64,000 nt of DNA from Deltaproteobacteria bacterium (GTDB taxonomy: Bacteria; Myxococcota; Kuafuiibacteriia; Kuafuiibacteriales; Kuafuiibacteriaceae): NCBI GenBank assembly GCA_040218735.1, contig JAVJQW010000011.1, positions 448,001 to 512,000 on the forward strand, in the 5' to 3' direction. Shown piece by piece: positions 9,563-18,771 of this stretch. The stretch's first letter is position 1. Each line of letters opens with the position of its first letter. A program made the translations under genes and the position numbers. The notes below the pieces were generated by a model. The model saw only the letters and a program-made list of their open reading frames with translations, was not told where the DNA came from and made no database searches.

Positions 9563-10768
9563 ATGGTGAAGCGCTGGTGGATCGCGGGCCTGATGTTCCT
9601 CACGGCCTGCCCGGGCGAGAGCGGACCGACCTTCCTGGGCACCCCCGGGGAGCCCCAGGCGGCGCGGCTCGACAGCAACCTGTTCTTCATGCCGACGCGC
9701 ATCGACGGCCGCGACGCACCGCACCTCCTCGTCGACACCGGCGCACCGACCGTCGTCGTGGACCCGACGCTCGCGGGCGTGGAGCGCGGGTACCAGGAGG
9801 CCGCGTCGTTCGAGATGCTCGGCCTCGAGTACACCGACTTCGGGTACGTCGCCGACACCCTCATCGCCTCGGACATGGGTGACTACATCGCGGGCGGCGT
9901 CATCGGGTGCACCGCGTTCTGCACGTTCGACACGAGCTTCGACTACCGCGCCGAGACCGTGACACTCGCCGGACCGGGCGCGCCGAGCGACACGATCGAG
10001 TCCCACGTGATCGACGTGTCCCTGGAGGGCGGCGGCCTCACGCGCGACCCCGTCACCGACACGACGTTCGAGGTGCCGACGTCCCGCGTGTTGGTCTCGG
10101 CCATCGTCGAAGGACGCCCGCTCACGCTCCTCGTCGACTCGGGCGCGAGTGTCACCGTGCTGCGCGCTGCACTCGTGGAGGAGCTGCTCGCCGACGGGCG
10201 GCCCACGCTGGAAGCGACCGCGAGCGGGATGTTCGGGATGGACCAGTCGATCCTGTTCCGCCTCCGCTCGATGTCGGTCGGCGGCGCGGACGTCCCCGAC
10301 GTGATCGCCGCGCGGAGCGACGGCTTCGAGGGACTCCTCGACGGTATCTCGGAGGAGACCGGCACGACGATCGACGGCGCGCTCGGCGGGACGGCGCTCC
10401 GTGAGTTCCACGTCACCGTCGCGTACGACGCCGAGCAGCTCTTGCTCGACCGCTACCCGAACCGCGACCACGTGCGCGACGAAGCCACGCGGATCGGCAT
10501 CCTCATCGCACAACCCACCGCGACGAACGTCCCGGTCGGCCAGGTGATCGAAGGCAGCGACGCCGAAGCGCAGGGCGTCGCCGTCGGGGACCGCATCGTC
10601 GCGATCGACGGCGTGTCCGTCGCGGGCCTGAGCGTCGGCGAGATCGCGTACCTCCTCGCCGGCACGAAGGGCGCGACGCGGACGGTGCAGTTCGGCTGCG
10701 ACGGGTGCGGCGGCTTCACGGGCACCCGCACCATCGACGTCGACTACGACGTCCTCGAGCTGCCCTGA
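9563..10768 (+). CDS. lipoprotein aspartyl protease (two retropepsin-like units) with C-terminal PDZ domain
   Basis: Lipobox LTAC; LVDTGA and LVDSGA; IDGALG; PDZ segment GSDAEAQGVAVGDRIVAIDG; true start may be GTG 9566. Confidence 0.85.
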   Translation: MVKRWWIAGLMFLTACPGESGPTFLGTPGEPQAARLDSNLFFMPTRIDGRDAPHLLVDTGAPTVVVDPTLAGVERGYQEAASFEMLGLEYTDFGYVADTLIASDMGDYIAGGVIGCTAFCTFDTSFDYRAETVTLAGPGAPSDTIESHVIDVSLEGGGLTRDPVTDTTFEVPTSRVLVSAIVEGRPLTLLVDSGASVTVLRAALVEELLADGRPTLEATASGMFGMDQSILFRLRSMSVGGADVPDVIAARSDGFEGLLDGISEETGTTIDGALGGTALREFHVTVAYDAEQLLLDRYPNRDHVRDEATRIGILIAQPTATNVPVGQVIEGSDAEAQGVAVGDRIVAIDGVSVAGLSVGEIAYLLAGTKGATRTVQFGCDGCGGFTGTRTIDVDYDVLELP

Positions 10769-10828
10769 CCCCGCCCCGTCCCCGCAGGCAGGTTTGCCCG
10801 GATCGCGGGTTCACGCTAGATCGCGGGG

Positions 10829-12145
10829 ATGCATCGGCTCGTGGTCGGCGCCGCGCTCGCTTCGGTGATGCTCTCCTCCGCGGGGTTCGCCGAGGAGCGC
10901 GCGATCATCGCGGTGTTCCCGATCGAGGATCGCACCGAGACGATCCCCGACAAGGAGGTCTCGCAGCTCACCGACTACTTCGGCGTGAAGATCGCCGAGA
11001 CCGGCCGATTCATCGTCGTCCCGCAGGCGGACCTCGAGAAGGCGCTGAAGGCCGCGAAGGTCGCGTCGTACAAGTCGTGTGTCGACGAGAGCTGCCAGAT
11101 CGAGATCGGCAAGGAGCTCGCCGCGCAGAAGGTGTTGCGCACGCAGATCGTCCAGGTCGGTGATCAGTGCGCCGTGACCGCGACGCTCTACGACCTGCGC
11201 ATCGCCGCCACGGAAAAGGCCGCGTCGGTGAAGGGCGCCTGCAACAGCAACGCGTTCGTCGCGTCGCTGGAGCAGACCACGACGAAGCTCGCGGGAACGG
11301 ATGCCCCCGAACCTGTCGCGAAGGCGGCGCCGCCACCACCCCCCGCGCCGAAGCCCGCGACCTGGTCGCTGCGCGTGGACGCCGCCCCCGAGGGCGCCGA
11401 CGTCCTCGTCTCGGGGCGCCGGGTGGGCAGCGCGCCGCAGACGGTGAAGGTCCCGAAGGACGGCGCCGTCGAGCTCGCGGTCGAGGCCGAGGGGTTCGAG
11501 CCGTACACCGAGACGGTTCGCCTCGACCGGGACGAGCGACGCAACGTCGCGCTGCGCATGACGGCGGCGCGCAAACGCGCACGGACGGAGTGGTTCGGCG
11601 TGTCCCTCGCGGGCGGCCTCGGCCTGTCCGGTGCGATCGATCTCGGGGCGTGGATCCGCCTCTTCAACATGCACTTCGGGAGCCTGACGCTCACGCCGCT
11701 GGACGCGTTCTTCGGCGTCTCGCTCGCGAGCCACACGACCGCGAGCAACTGCCCCGACGCGGGCACATACCTCTGCGAGGAAGGCGTCGGCGCACCGCAC
11801 TTCGTGGTCGGTCCGCGGTTCGGCTACAAGCTCACGTTCGCCGACGACCACAACCTGGAGTTCTCGCTGGGCGCCGCGTTGATGGCCGTCATCGGGAGCG
11901 ACGACGACTACCTCGGCCCCGCGATCGGCCCGTCGATCCGGTACCTGCACATCGGCGACGGTGCGTTCTCCTGGGGCATCGGGATCCGCGGCCTGATCCC
12001 CGTGCTTCCGAAGTCCTGCGACGGCGTCCTCGCGGACGAGGAACAGCTCAGCAACAGCGGCGGCGCTATCGCGGTCTACGCGCAATGCGCGAACGCCCAG
12101 CCGTACTTCATTCAGCTCGAGGTTCCGCTCGGAGGGTACTTCTGA
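10829..12145 (+). CDS. secreted PEGA-domain protein with N-terminal CsgG/TolB_N-like domain and possible C-terminal beta-barrel
   Basis: Signal peptide; PEGA (LRVDAAPEGADVLVSGRRVGSAP); C-terminal aromatic residue. Confidence 0.75.
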   Translation: MHRLVVGAALASVMLSSAGFAEERAIIAVFPIEDRTETIPDKEVSQLTDYFGVKIAETGRFIVVPQADLEKALKAAKVASYKSCVDESCQIEIGKELAAQKVLRTQIVQVGDQCAVTATLYDLRIAATEKAASVKGACNSNAFVASLEQTTTKLAGTDAPEPVAKAAPPPPPAPKPATWSLRVDAAPEGADVLVSGRRVGSAPQTVKVPKDGAVELAVEAEGFEPYTETVRLDRDERRNVALRMTAARKRARTEWFGVSLAGGLGLSGAIDLGAWIRLFNMHFGSLTLTPLDAFFGVSLASHTTASNCPDAGTYLCEEGVGAPHFVVGPRFGYKLTFADDHNLEFSLGAALMAVIGSDDDYLGPAIGPSIRYLHIGDGAFSWGIGIRGLIPVLPKSCDGVLADEEQLSNSGGAIAVYAQCANAQPYFIQLEVPLGGYF

Positions 12146-12633
12146 TGTCGGCCCTGACCCGCACCACCGCCGTCTTCGCCGCGGGGCTCACGTTCGCGTG
12201 CGCGCCGGTCGAGTTCGACTACGTCGACTACGAGCAGACGAACAACCAGCACGACTGGGACTGCCCCAACGACACCTTCAGGTACGAGATGGGCGGCAGC
12301 TCGGTCGTCGGCGAAGAGTATCAGCGGTCACTGACGTGCATGGGCCTCACGACACGTTGCCCGAACCTGAGCATGGGGGAGTTCGAGCCCGGCAGCCCCG
12401 AGTGCGAAGAGGCCGTGAACAACGTCTTCCTCGGGACGTGCGTCGAGGACTTCTTCGCCGCGTTCGACCCGGCGGGCGCGTGCACGTTCGAGGACGGCGT
12501 CACGAGCTGGGCGAACGGAGCGCGCTGGGAGGGCGACCGACCGAACGGCATCGCCTACGACTCGGCCGGGGAGGTCGCGTTCATCGTGACCAGCTCCGGG
12601 ATCCTCGAGTTCCGCTACGCACGACCGCGCTGA
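12145..12633 (+). CDS. hypothetical Cys-containing lipoprotein
   Basis: TGATG overlap with the upstream stop; lipobox TFAC. Confidence 0.7.
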   Translation: MSALTRTTAVFAAGLTFACAPVEFDYVDYEQTNNQHDWDCPNDTFRYEMGGSSVVGEEYQRSLTCMGLTTRCPNLSMGEFEPGSPECEEAVNNVFLGTCVEDFFAAFDPAGACTFEDGVTSWANGARWEGDRPNGIAYDSAGEVAFIVTSSGILEFRYARPR

Positions 12634-12679
12634 CGCGGCCTGCCCCGAGCGCACCTGGACCTGGTAGCCTCCGGGCGCT

Positions 12680-14884
12680 TTGGACGAGACGCCCATCCTC
12701 GGTCGAGACCTTGTGGACTCGACCAACGTCGCGATCGTGCACCTGGATCGCGGCGCCGACCCGGCGGAGCTCGAACGTCTCGTCGCGACGTTCCCCGACG
12801 CAAACGTCGTCGCGTTCGACGGGCGCGCCGAGGCCGTCCTCGCCGCGCGCGCGCTCGACCACGACGTCGTGCTCATGGCGCACGACGCGCGCAAGCTGAC
12901 GCTCCTCGCGTTCCTCGCCGGCGCGCGGAAGGTGCTGCTCTACAAGGGCGGCCGAATCGCCGAGGTCGAGCCCGCGCGCTTCCTCGCCGACCGCGCACCG
13001 TTCGTCGCGGCCGGGCAGCACCTGCGGCGCCTGAAGGCCTCCGCCGGGTACGCGTCGGTGACGCCGAGCCACCCGCAGCGGTTCTACGTCGTGTCCTGCG
13101 CGCGCAACGCAGGCGCCGCGGCCCTGCGCTGCCTCGACTCCGTGCACGCGCAGACCCACCCCGCGGATCGCATCGAGCACGTCTACCTCGACGACGCCTC
13201 GACCGACGACACCCGCGCGCAGATCCGCGGTTGGCTCGGCACGCACCCGAACCATCGTGTCACCTACGTCGAGACGGCCGAGCGTCGCGGCGGGACGAAG
13301 AACACGCTGGAGCTGTTCCGCGCGGCGCCGCTCGGATCGATCGTCGTCGAGCTCAACGGCGACGACTGGTTCTTCGACGAGGGCGTCCTCGCGCACCTCG
13401 ACACCATCTACGCCGACCCCTCGGTGTGGATGACGTACAACTCCAGCACGTTCGCCGATGGACGGCTTCGCCACCTGAACCGCCCCTACCCCGAAGCGAC
13501 CGTGCGCGACGCGAGCTACCGCGAGGACGACTGGTACGCGGGGAGCGTGCGCACCTTCCGCGCCGAGCTGTTCTCCCACGTCGCCGACGACGAGCTGGTC
13601 GATCCCGCCACCGGCACGTGGTGGGAGAGCGCCGACGACATGGTCATCTACCTCGCGCTCCTCGAGCTGTCCGGCGGACACGCGCGACACGTCGAGCGCC
13701 CGACCTACGTCTACAACCACCGCGAGGACTCCGAGGATCGACGCGACCTCTCGGGCGGTCGCAAACGCGGCGAGCGCATCCGCGCGATGCCGCGGCACGA
13801 GCCGCTCGCGCGGTTGTCCTCGCGCCCCCGCGACACTCGCGCCGGGCCGCTCGTGTCGGTGCTGATGCCGGCCTATAACGCGGAGCCGTACGTCGAGGCG
13901 GCGATCGGGAGCATCCTCGACCAGACCTACGATCACCTTCAGCTCGTGTTCGTCGACGACGGCTCGACCGACGACACCCACGCGATCGCGCGGCGCCTCG
14001 CGGACGCGGACGGGCGCATCACGATCGTGCAGAAGGAGAACGCGGGCCTCGTCGCCGCGCTCAACCGCGGCCTCGAACACACCGAGGGCGAGCTGATCGC
14101 ACGCATGGACGCCGACGACGTCTGCGCGCCCGACCGCCTCGCGCGACAGGTCGAGTTCCTCGGCCGACACCCGGAGGTCGGCGTCGTGGGGAGCTGGGTC
14201 GAGCGCATCGACGGCGCCGGGCACCCCCTCGAAGAGACCTGGGAGACGCCGCTCACCGGCGGGGTCATCGGGTGGCACCTGTTCTTCGAGAGCCCGCTCG
14301 CGCACGGCGCGGTGACGATGCGGCGCCACCTCATCGATCGGATCGGCGGCTACGATCCCGACGCTCCACACGTCGAGGACTTCGCGCTGTGGATGCGGCT
14401 CGACACGATCACCGAGCTCGCGAACCTCCCGGAGCGTCTCCTGTCGTTGCGCATCCACGGCGCGCGGGTCGGCGTACGTCACCGCGAGGACCAGCTGCGA
14501 ACGGCCGCGCTCCTGATCGAGCGCCGCGCCGCGGACTACCTGCGTCGGCCCGTCCCACGGGCGATCGCGAGTGACCTGCTCCGACTTCACCGCTGCATCT
14601 TCGACGCCCCCCCGTCGGACGCAACGGCGCTCCTCGACACCCTCCTCGATCTCTTCCACGCCTACGCGGCGGATCGTGGTTTGCTGCCGAGCGAGCGGAA
14701 CGCCGTGCGCTACGACGTCGCGCGCAAGCTGGCTTTCCTCGCGCGGTGGTGTGCGACCTCCCACGCGGCCGTCGCGGCGCGCGCGGCGGCGGAGGCGCTC
14801 CGCATCGACGCCCGCGCGCTCACCGAGCGCTCCGCGCGACGCGCCCTCCGCGAGGCGCGGCACCGCCTCCCTCGAATGTTGTGA
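12680..14884 (+). CDS. glycosyltransferase with two tandem GT2 (GT-A) domains
   Basis: YLDDASTD and ELNGDDW in domain 1; VSVLMPAYNAE, VDDGSTD, RMDADD and VEDFALW in domain 2. Confidence 0.9.
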   Translation: MDETPILGRDLVDSTNVAIVHLDRGADPAELERLVATFPDANVVAFDGRAEAVLAARALDHDVVLMAHDARKLTLLAFLAGARKVLLYKGGRIAEVEPARFLADRAPFVAAGQHLRRLKASAGYASVTPSHPQRFYVVSCARNAGAAALRCLDSVHAQTHPADRIEHVYLDDASTDDTRAQIRGWLGTHPNHRVTYVETAERRGGTKNTLELFRAAPLGSIVVELNGDDWFFDEGVLAHLDTIYADPSVWMTYNSSTFADGRLRHLNRPYPEATVRDASYREDDWYAGSVRTFRAELFSHVADDELVDPATGTWWESADDMVIYLALLELSGGHARHVERPTYVYNHREDSEDRRDLSGGRKRGERIRAMPRHEPLARLSSRPRDTRAGPLVSVLMPAYNAEPYVEAAIGSILDQTYDHLQLVFVDDGSTDDTHAIARRLADADGRITIVQKENAGLVAALNRGLEHTEGELIARMDADDVCAPDRLARQVEFLGRHPEVGVVGSWVERIDGAGHPLEETWETPLTGGVIGWHLFFESPLAHGAVTMRRHLIDRIGGYDPDAPHVEDFALWMRLDTITELANLPERLLSLRIHGARVGVRHREDQLRTAALLIERRAADYLRRPVPRAIASDLLRLHRCIFDAPPSDATALLDTLLDLFHAYAADRGLLPSERNAVRYDVARKLAFLARWCATSHAAVAARAAAEALRIDARALTERSARRALREARHRLPRML

Positions 14885-14918
14885 GCGTGGATTCGGATCG
14901 CATAGAGTCGGCGCCGTC

Positions 14919-15410
14919 GTGACGGGTGGCTACACCGAGATGTACTGCGCGTGGTTCGAGTCGCTCCCGCCGGAGATCGGGCGGGAGCTGGCGCTGAGCC
15001 TCATGCGCCTCGCGCCCGGCGGGATGCTGGAGTCCGCGATCCTGACCGCGGATCCGCTCGATGGGTTCGTCCCGCGCCTGAAGCGCCTCGCGTCGGATCC
15101 GCTCCGCGACGCGGGCACCGCGCTGACGCTCGCGACCCTCACCGACTTCACGTTCTTCGAGCGCGGCGATCCCGACACGTGGGACAAAAACGAAGAGATC
15201 CTCGAGCTCCTCGACGAGGCGCAGCAGGCGCTCTACTCCGAAGACGACGCCGTCGCCGGGGACCTGTCGGAGTGGATCGCACAGAACAAGCTGCGCCACC
15301 CGCTCCGCGCGCGGCAGTGGATGAAGGAGCAGAAGTCCTGGCGTGAGCTCCGCGCGGGCGACCTCGCGCCCGAGGCGATTCACCGGGCGCTCAATCGTCC
15401 AACCGAGTGA
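14919..15410 (+). CDS. hypothetical protein
   Basis: Coding-like codon usage; GTG start 10 nt after TAGAGT (ATG 14940 also possible). Confidence 0.6.
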   Translation: MTGGYTEMYCAWFESLPPEIGRELALSLMRLAPGGMLESAILTADPLDGFVPRLKRLASDPLRDAGTALTLATLTDFTFFERGDPDTWDKNEEILELLDEAQQALYSEDDAVAGDLSEWIAQNKLRHPLRARQWMKEQKSWRELRAGDLAPEAIHRALNRPTE

Positions 15411-15819
15411 CCGCGTCGCGCTGCCATTGCGCGAGCAGCCGGGTCCAAACCCGACCGAAGGAGCGCGGGTCGATGCGCGACAGATCGATCGGCCCGACCT
15501 CCTGCACGAGCGGAAGGCCGGCGACACCGCGAAACGTGGTGGCGAAGTCGAGGGTCGCGCGGCGGCGACGCCCGCGGATGCCGACGCGAACCACGACGTC
15601 GCAGTCGGGTAGACGCGCCTGCGCGTGGGCCGCCGGGATCCAGATCAGCTTGGTCGGGGCCTCGTGTTTGTCGAGGGACGAAGCCAGCGCCGCCTTCAGG
15701 CGGGCGCGATCGAGGTGCACGACCCGCGCGGGCTCCGTGATGCAGACACCGGGCGGCTCGGCGGCGAAGGCGTCGGACGCGCCGAGGAGCAGGACGGCGG
15801 AGGCGAGGAGGAGGCGCAC
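15391..15819 (-). CDS. hypothetical secreted protein
   Basis: Signal peptide MRLLLASAVLLLGASDAFA; GAGGA upstream. Confidence 0.6.
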   Translation of the reverse strand: MRLLLASAVLLLGASDAFAAEPPGVCITEPARVVHLDRARLKAALASSLDKHEAPTKLIWIPAAHAQARLPDCDVVVRVGIRGRRRRATLDFATTFRGVAGLPLVQEVGPIDLSRIDPRSFGRVWTRLLAQWQRDAVTRLDD

Positions 15820-15965
15820 GTCCTCACCATTCGGCGGGTGCGGCGCGGGGATGAGCCCGGCGACTCGGGTCGAAACGCTCGCGCGGCGTCGGATTTCGAC
15901 CGTCGGGGCGGGAATCTCCGCAGGATCGGTTGCAGTCCGATGAAATTCAGGGTTTCAAGACCCCG

Positions 15966-17768
15966 ATGTACGACAGCATTCCGGCCCGGCTGCAGAAGCG
16001 GGGCGAGACCCACGGCCACGAAGTCGCGCACTACACGAAGTCCGGATCCTCGTGGGAACCGACGACCTACAAGGAGTTCGCGGACGACGTGAAGCAGGCC
16101 GCGAAGGCGCTCATCCACCTCGGGCTCGAGTCGCAGCACACCGTGTGCATCCTCGGGTTCAACCGGTCGGAGTGGGTCGTGTTCGACGTCGCCGCGATGT
16201 CCGCCGGCGGGGCCCCCGCGGGGATCTACACCACGTGCTCGCCGCCGGAGGTGCAGTACATCATCGACCACGCCGAGGCGCGCATCGTCCTGCTCGAGAA
16301 CGAGGACCAGTGGGCGAAAGTCGAGGCCGAGCTCGCGAACCTCCCGAAGCTCGAACACGTCGTGATGATGAAGGGCGCGAAGGTCGAGCACGACAAGGTG
16401 ATGTCGTGGGAGGAGTTCCTCACGAAGGGTGACGAGGTCGAGGACGCCGTCTTCGACGAGCGCCTCGGCGCGATCGATCCGAACCAGCTCGCGACGCTGA
16501 TCTACACGTCGGGCACTACCGGCCCGCCGAAGGGAGTCATGCTCTCCTTCTCCAACCTGACCGAGACGAGCAACCTCGTCGGCAAGGTCGTGCAGGTCGG
16601 CTCCGACGACTCGACGCTGTCGTACCTGCCGCTGTCGCACATCGCCGAGCAGATGTTCACGATCCACCTGCCGATCACCTACGGCGTTCAGGTCTACTTC
16701 GCGGAGTCGATCGACAAGGTCGCGGACAACATCAAGGAGGTGCAGCCCACCGTCGTCTTCGGCGTGCCGCGCATCTGGGAGAAGTTCTACGCGGGGGTCA
16801 CCGCGAAGATGAAGGAAGCGACCGGCATGAAGAAGCGCATCGCGGACTGGGCGCAGCGCGTCGGCCGCGAAGCCAACGCGATCAAGAACCAGGGCAAGCA
16901 GCCGTCCGGCTTCCTCGCGTGGCAGTACAACACCGCCAACAAACTCGTGTACTCGAAGGTGAAGCCGGCGCTCGGCCTCGGGCGCGCGCGCTACTGCATC
17001 AGCGGCGCGGCGCCGATCGCGAAGGAGGTGCTCGAGTTCTTCAGCGGCCTCGACGTCATCATCCTCGAGGTCTACGGCCAGAGCGAGGACAGCGGTCCGA
17101 CGACCTTCAACCAGCCGGGCAACGCCAAGTTCGGGTCGGTCGGCCCGGCGGTCCCCACCGTCGAGGTGAAGATCGCTGACGACGGCGAAATCGTCGTGAA
17201 GGGGCCGAACGTGTTCCTCGGCTACTACAAGGACGAGGCCGCCACGAACGACGCGTTGATCGACGGGTGGCTGCACTCCGGTGACCTCGGCAAGTTCGAC
17301 GAGCAGGGCTTCCTCAACATTACCGGCCGCAAGAAGGACATCATCATCACGGCGGGCGGGAAGAACATCGCGCCGAAGAACATCGAGGCGGCGCTCAAGA
17401 ACACGCCGTTCATCGAGGAGGCGGTGGTCATCGGCGACCGCCGAAAGTTCCTCTCCGCCCTGCTCTTCCTCGACCAGGAGGCGGCGAAGAAGTGGGCGTC
17501 CGAAAACGGCGAACCCACGACCGACCTGAGGAACAACGCCAAGCTGAAGGCGCTCATCCAGGCGGACGTCGACGGCGTGAACAAGCTGTTCGCGCGCGTC
17601 GAGCACGTCCGCAAGTGGACGGTCCCGGCCAAACCCCTCTCCATCGAGGGCGGCGAGCTCACGCCGACGCTGAAGGTCAAGCGCGCTAAGGTGAACGCCC
17701 ACTACGAAGAGGACATCGAGTCGATGTACGCAGAGGGCGACGCGAAGCAGGCCGAATCCGCCGCCTGA
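15966..17768 (+). CDS. long-chain fatty acid-CoA ligase (AMP-dependent synthetase)
   Basis: IYTSGTTGPPKG, YLPLSHIAE, EVYGQSE, GWLHSGDLG, GRKKDIIITAGGKNIAP, ELTPTLKVKR. Confidence 0.95.
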   Translation: MYDSIPARLQKRGETHGHEVAHYTKSGSSWEPTTYKEFADDVKQAAKALIHLGLESQHTVCILGFNRSEWVVFDVAAMSAGGAPAGIYTTCSPPEVQYIIDHAEARIVLLENEDQWAKVEAELANLPKLEHVVMMKGAKVEHDKVMSWEEFLTKGDEVEDAVFDERLGAIDPNQLATLIYTSGTTGPPKGVMLSFSNLTETSNLVGKVVQVGSDDSTLSYLPLSHIAEQMFTIHLPITYGVQVYFAESIDKVADNIKEVQPTVVFGVPRIWEKFYAGVTAKMKEATGMKKRIADWAQRVGREANAIKNQGKQPSGFLAWQYNTANKLVYSKVKPALGLGRARYCISGAAPIAKEVLEFFSGLDVIILEVYGQSEDSGPTTFNQPGNAKFGSVGPAVPTVEVKIADDGEIVVKGPNVFLGYYKDEAATNDALIDGWLHSGDLGKFDEQGFLNITGRKKDIIITAGGKNIAPKNIEAALKNTPFIEEAVVIGDRRKFLSALLFLDQEAAKKWASENGEPTTDLRNNAKLKALIQADVDGVNKLFARVEHVRKWTVPAKPLSIEGGELTPTLKVKRAKVNAHYEEDIESMYAEGDAKQAESAA

Positions 17769-17787
17769 TCTTTGCGCGCCGATCGCC

Positions 17788-18771
17788 GTGTCCACCGCCG
17801 CCTGCACCGTCGCGCTCCTCGCCACGATCGCGGGCACGACCCCCGACCTGCGCCTGAAGCCGACGCTCGCCGCGCCCGGGGCCGAGGATCCGGCGGAGCG
17901 CGTGGTGCGTTTCGAGGACGCGGACGACGACGTCGACACCTCCCACCCGGCGGTGGTCATCGGCATCACCGCGGGCGTCACCGCGCTCATCGGCGCGTGG
18001 GCCGTCGACGCGTGGTGGTCGGACGGCCTCGAGCCCTTCTCCTTCCGCGACGCGGGTGCGTTCGGGCAGGACACCTACGCCGGCGGCGCGGACAAGATGG
18101 GACATGCGTACTCGATGTACGTCGTCACCCACTCCGTCTACAGCCTCTACCGGTGGCTCGGCATGACGAAGGTCAACGCGGCGCTGTGGACCGGCGCGAT
18201 CGCGTTCACGGTGTCGAACTGGGTGGAGCTGATCGACGGGTTCACGCAGTACGGGTTCGAGGGTGGCGACGTCATCGCGAACAGCCTCGGCATCGGGCTC
18301 GGCCTCCTCACGAAGCTGTCGCCGCGGGCGGAGTCACTCGTCGGGTTTCGGTTGAGCTACGTCCCGAGCCCCGATTTCCTGCAGAACGAAAAATCGGTGC
18401 TCAAGTGGATCAACGACTACACGGGCATGACGTATTACCTGGACGTGAAGGGTAAGGGCGTCCTCGAGCTCATGGACCGCGACCCGGGGCTGTTTAGGTA
18501 CGTCCAGGCGGGCATCGCGTTCAACACGGACCAGTACTCCCCGGTGAAGCGGTGGGAGGAGCGTCGCAGGAATCTCGGCGTTCACGTCGGCGTCTCGATG
18601 TCCGAGGTGCTGCGCGCCTGGGGCGACGGGGACGAGGGGGTCGAACCGATCGCCACGTTCTTCGACTACTACGCCGTCCCGTTCCTGAACTTCGCATTGA
18701 TGAAGGACCTCAACGACGGTGGGTGGTTCATCAACTTCGGAGTGGCGAACCAGTTCGAAAGCCCGCTGTGA
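17788..18771 (+). CDS. DUF2279/YfiM-like protein
   Basis: GGADKMGH, ELIDGF, GDVIANSLG and NDYTGMTYYL motifs. Confidence 0.75.
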   Translation: MSTAACTVALLATIAGTTPDLRLKPTLAAPGAEDPAERVVRFEDADDDVDTSHPAVVIGITAGVTALIGAWAVDAWWSDGLEPFSFRDAGAFGQDTYAGGADKMGHAYSMYVVTHSVYSLYRWLGMTKVNAALWTGAIAFTVSNWVELIDGFTQYGFEGGDVIANSLGIGLGLLTKLSPRAESLVGFRLSYVPSPDFLQNEKSVLKWINDYTGMTYYLDVKGKGVLELMDRDPGLFRYVQAGIAFNTDQYSPVKRWEERRRNLGVHVGVSMSEVLRAWGDGDEGVEPIATFFDYYAVPFLNFALMKDLNDGGWFINFGVANQFESPL

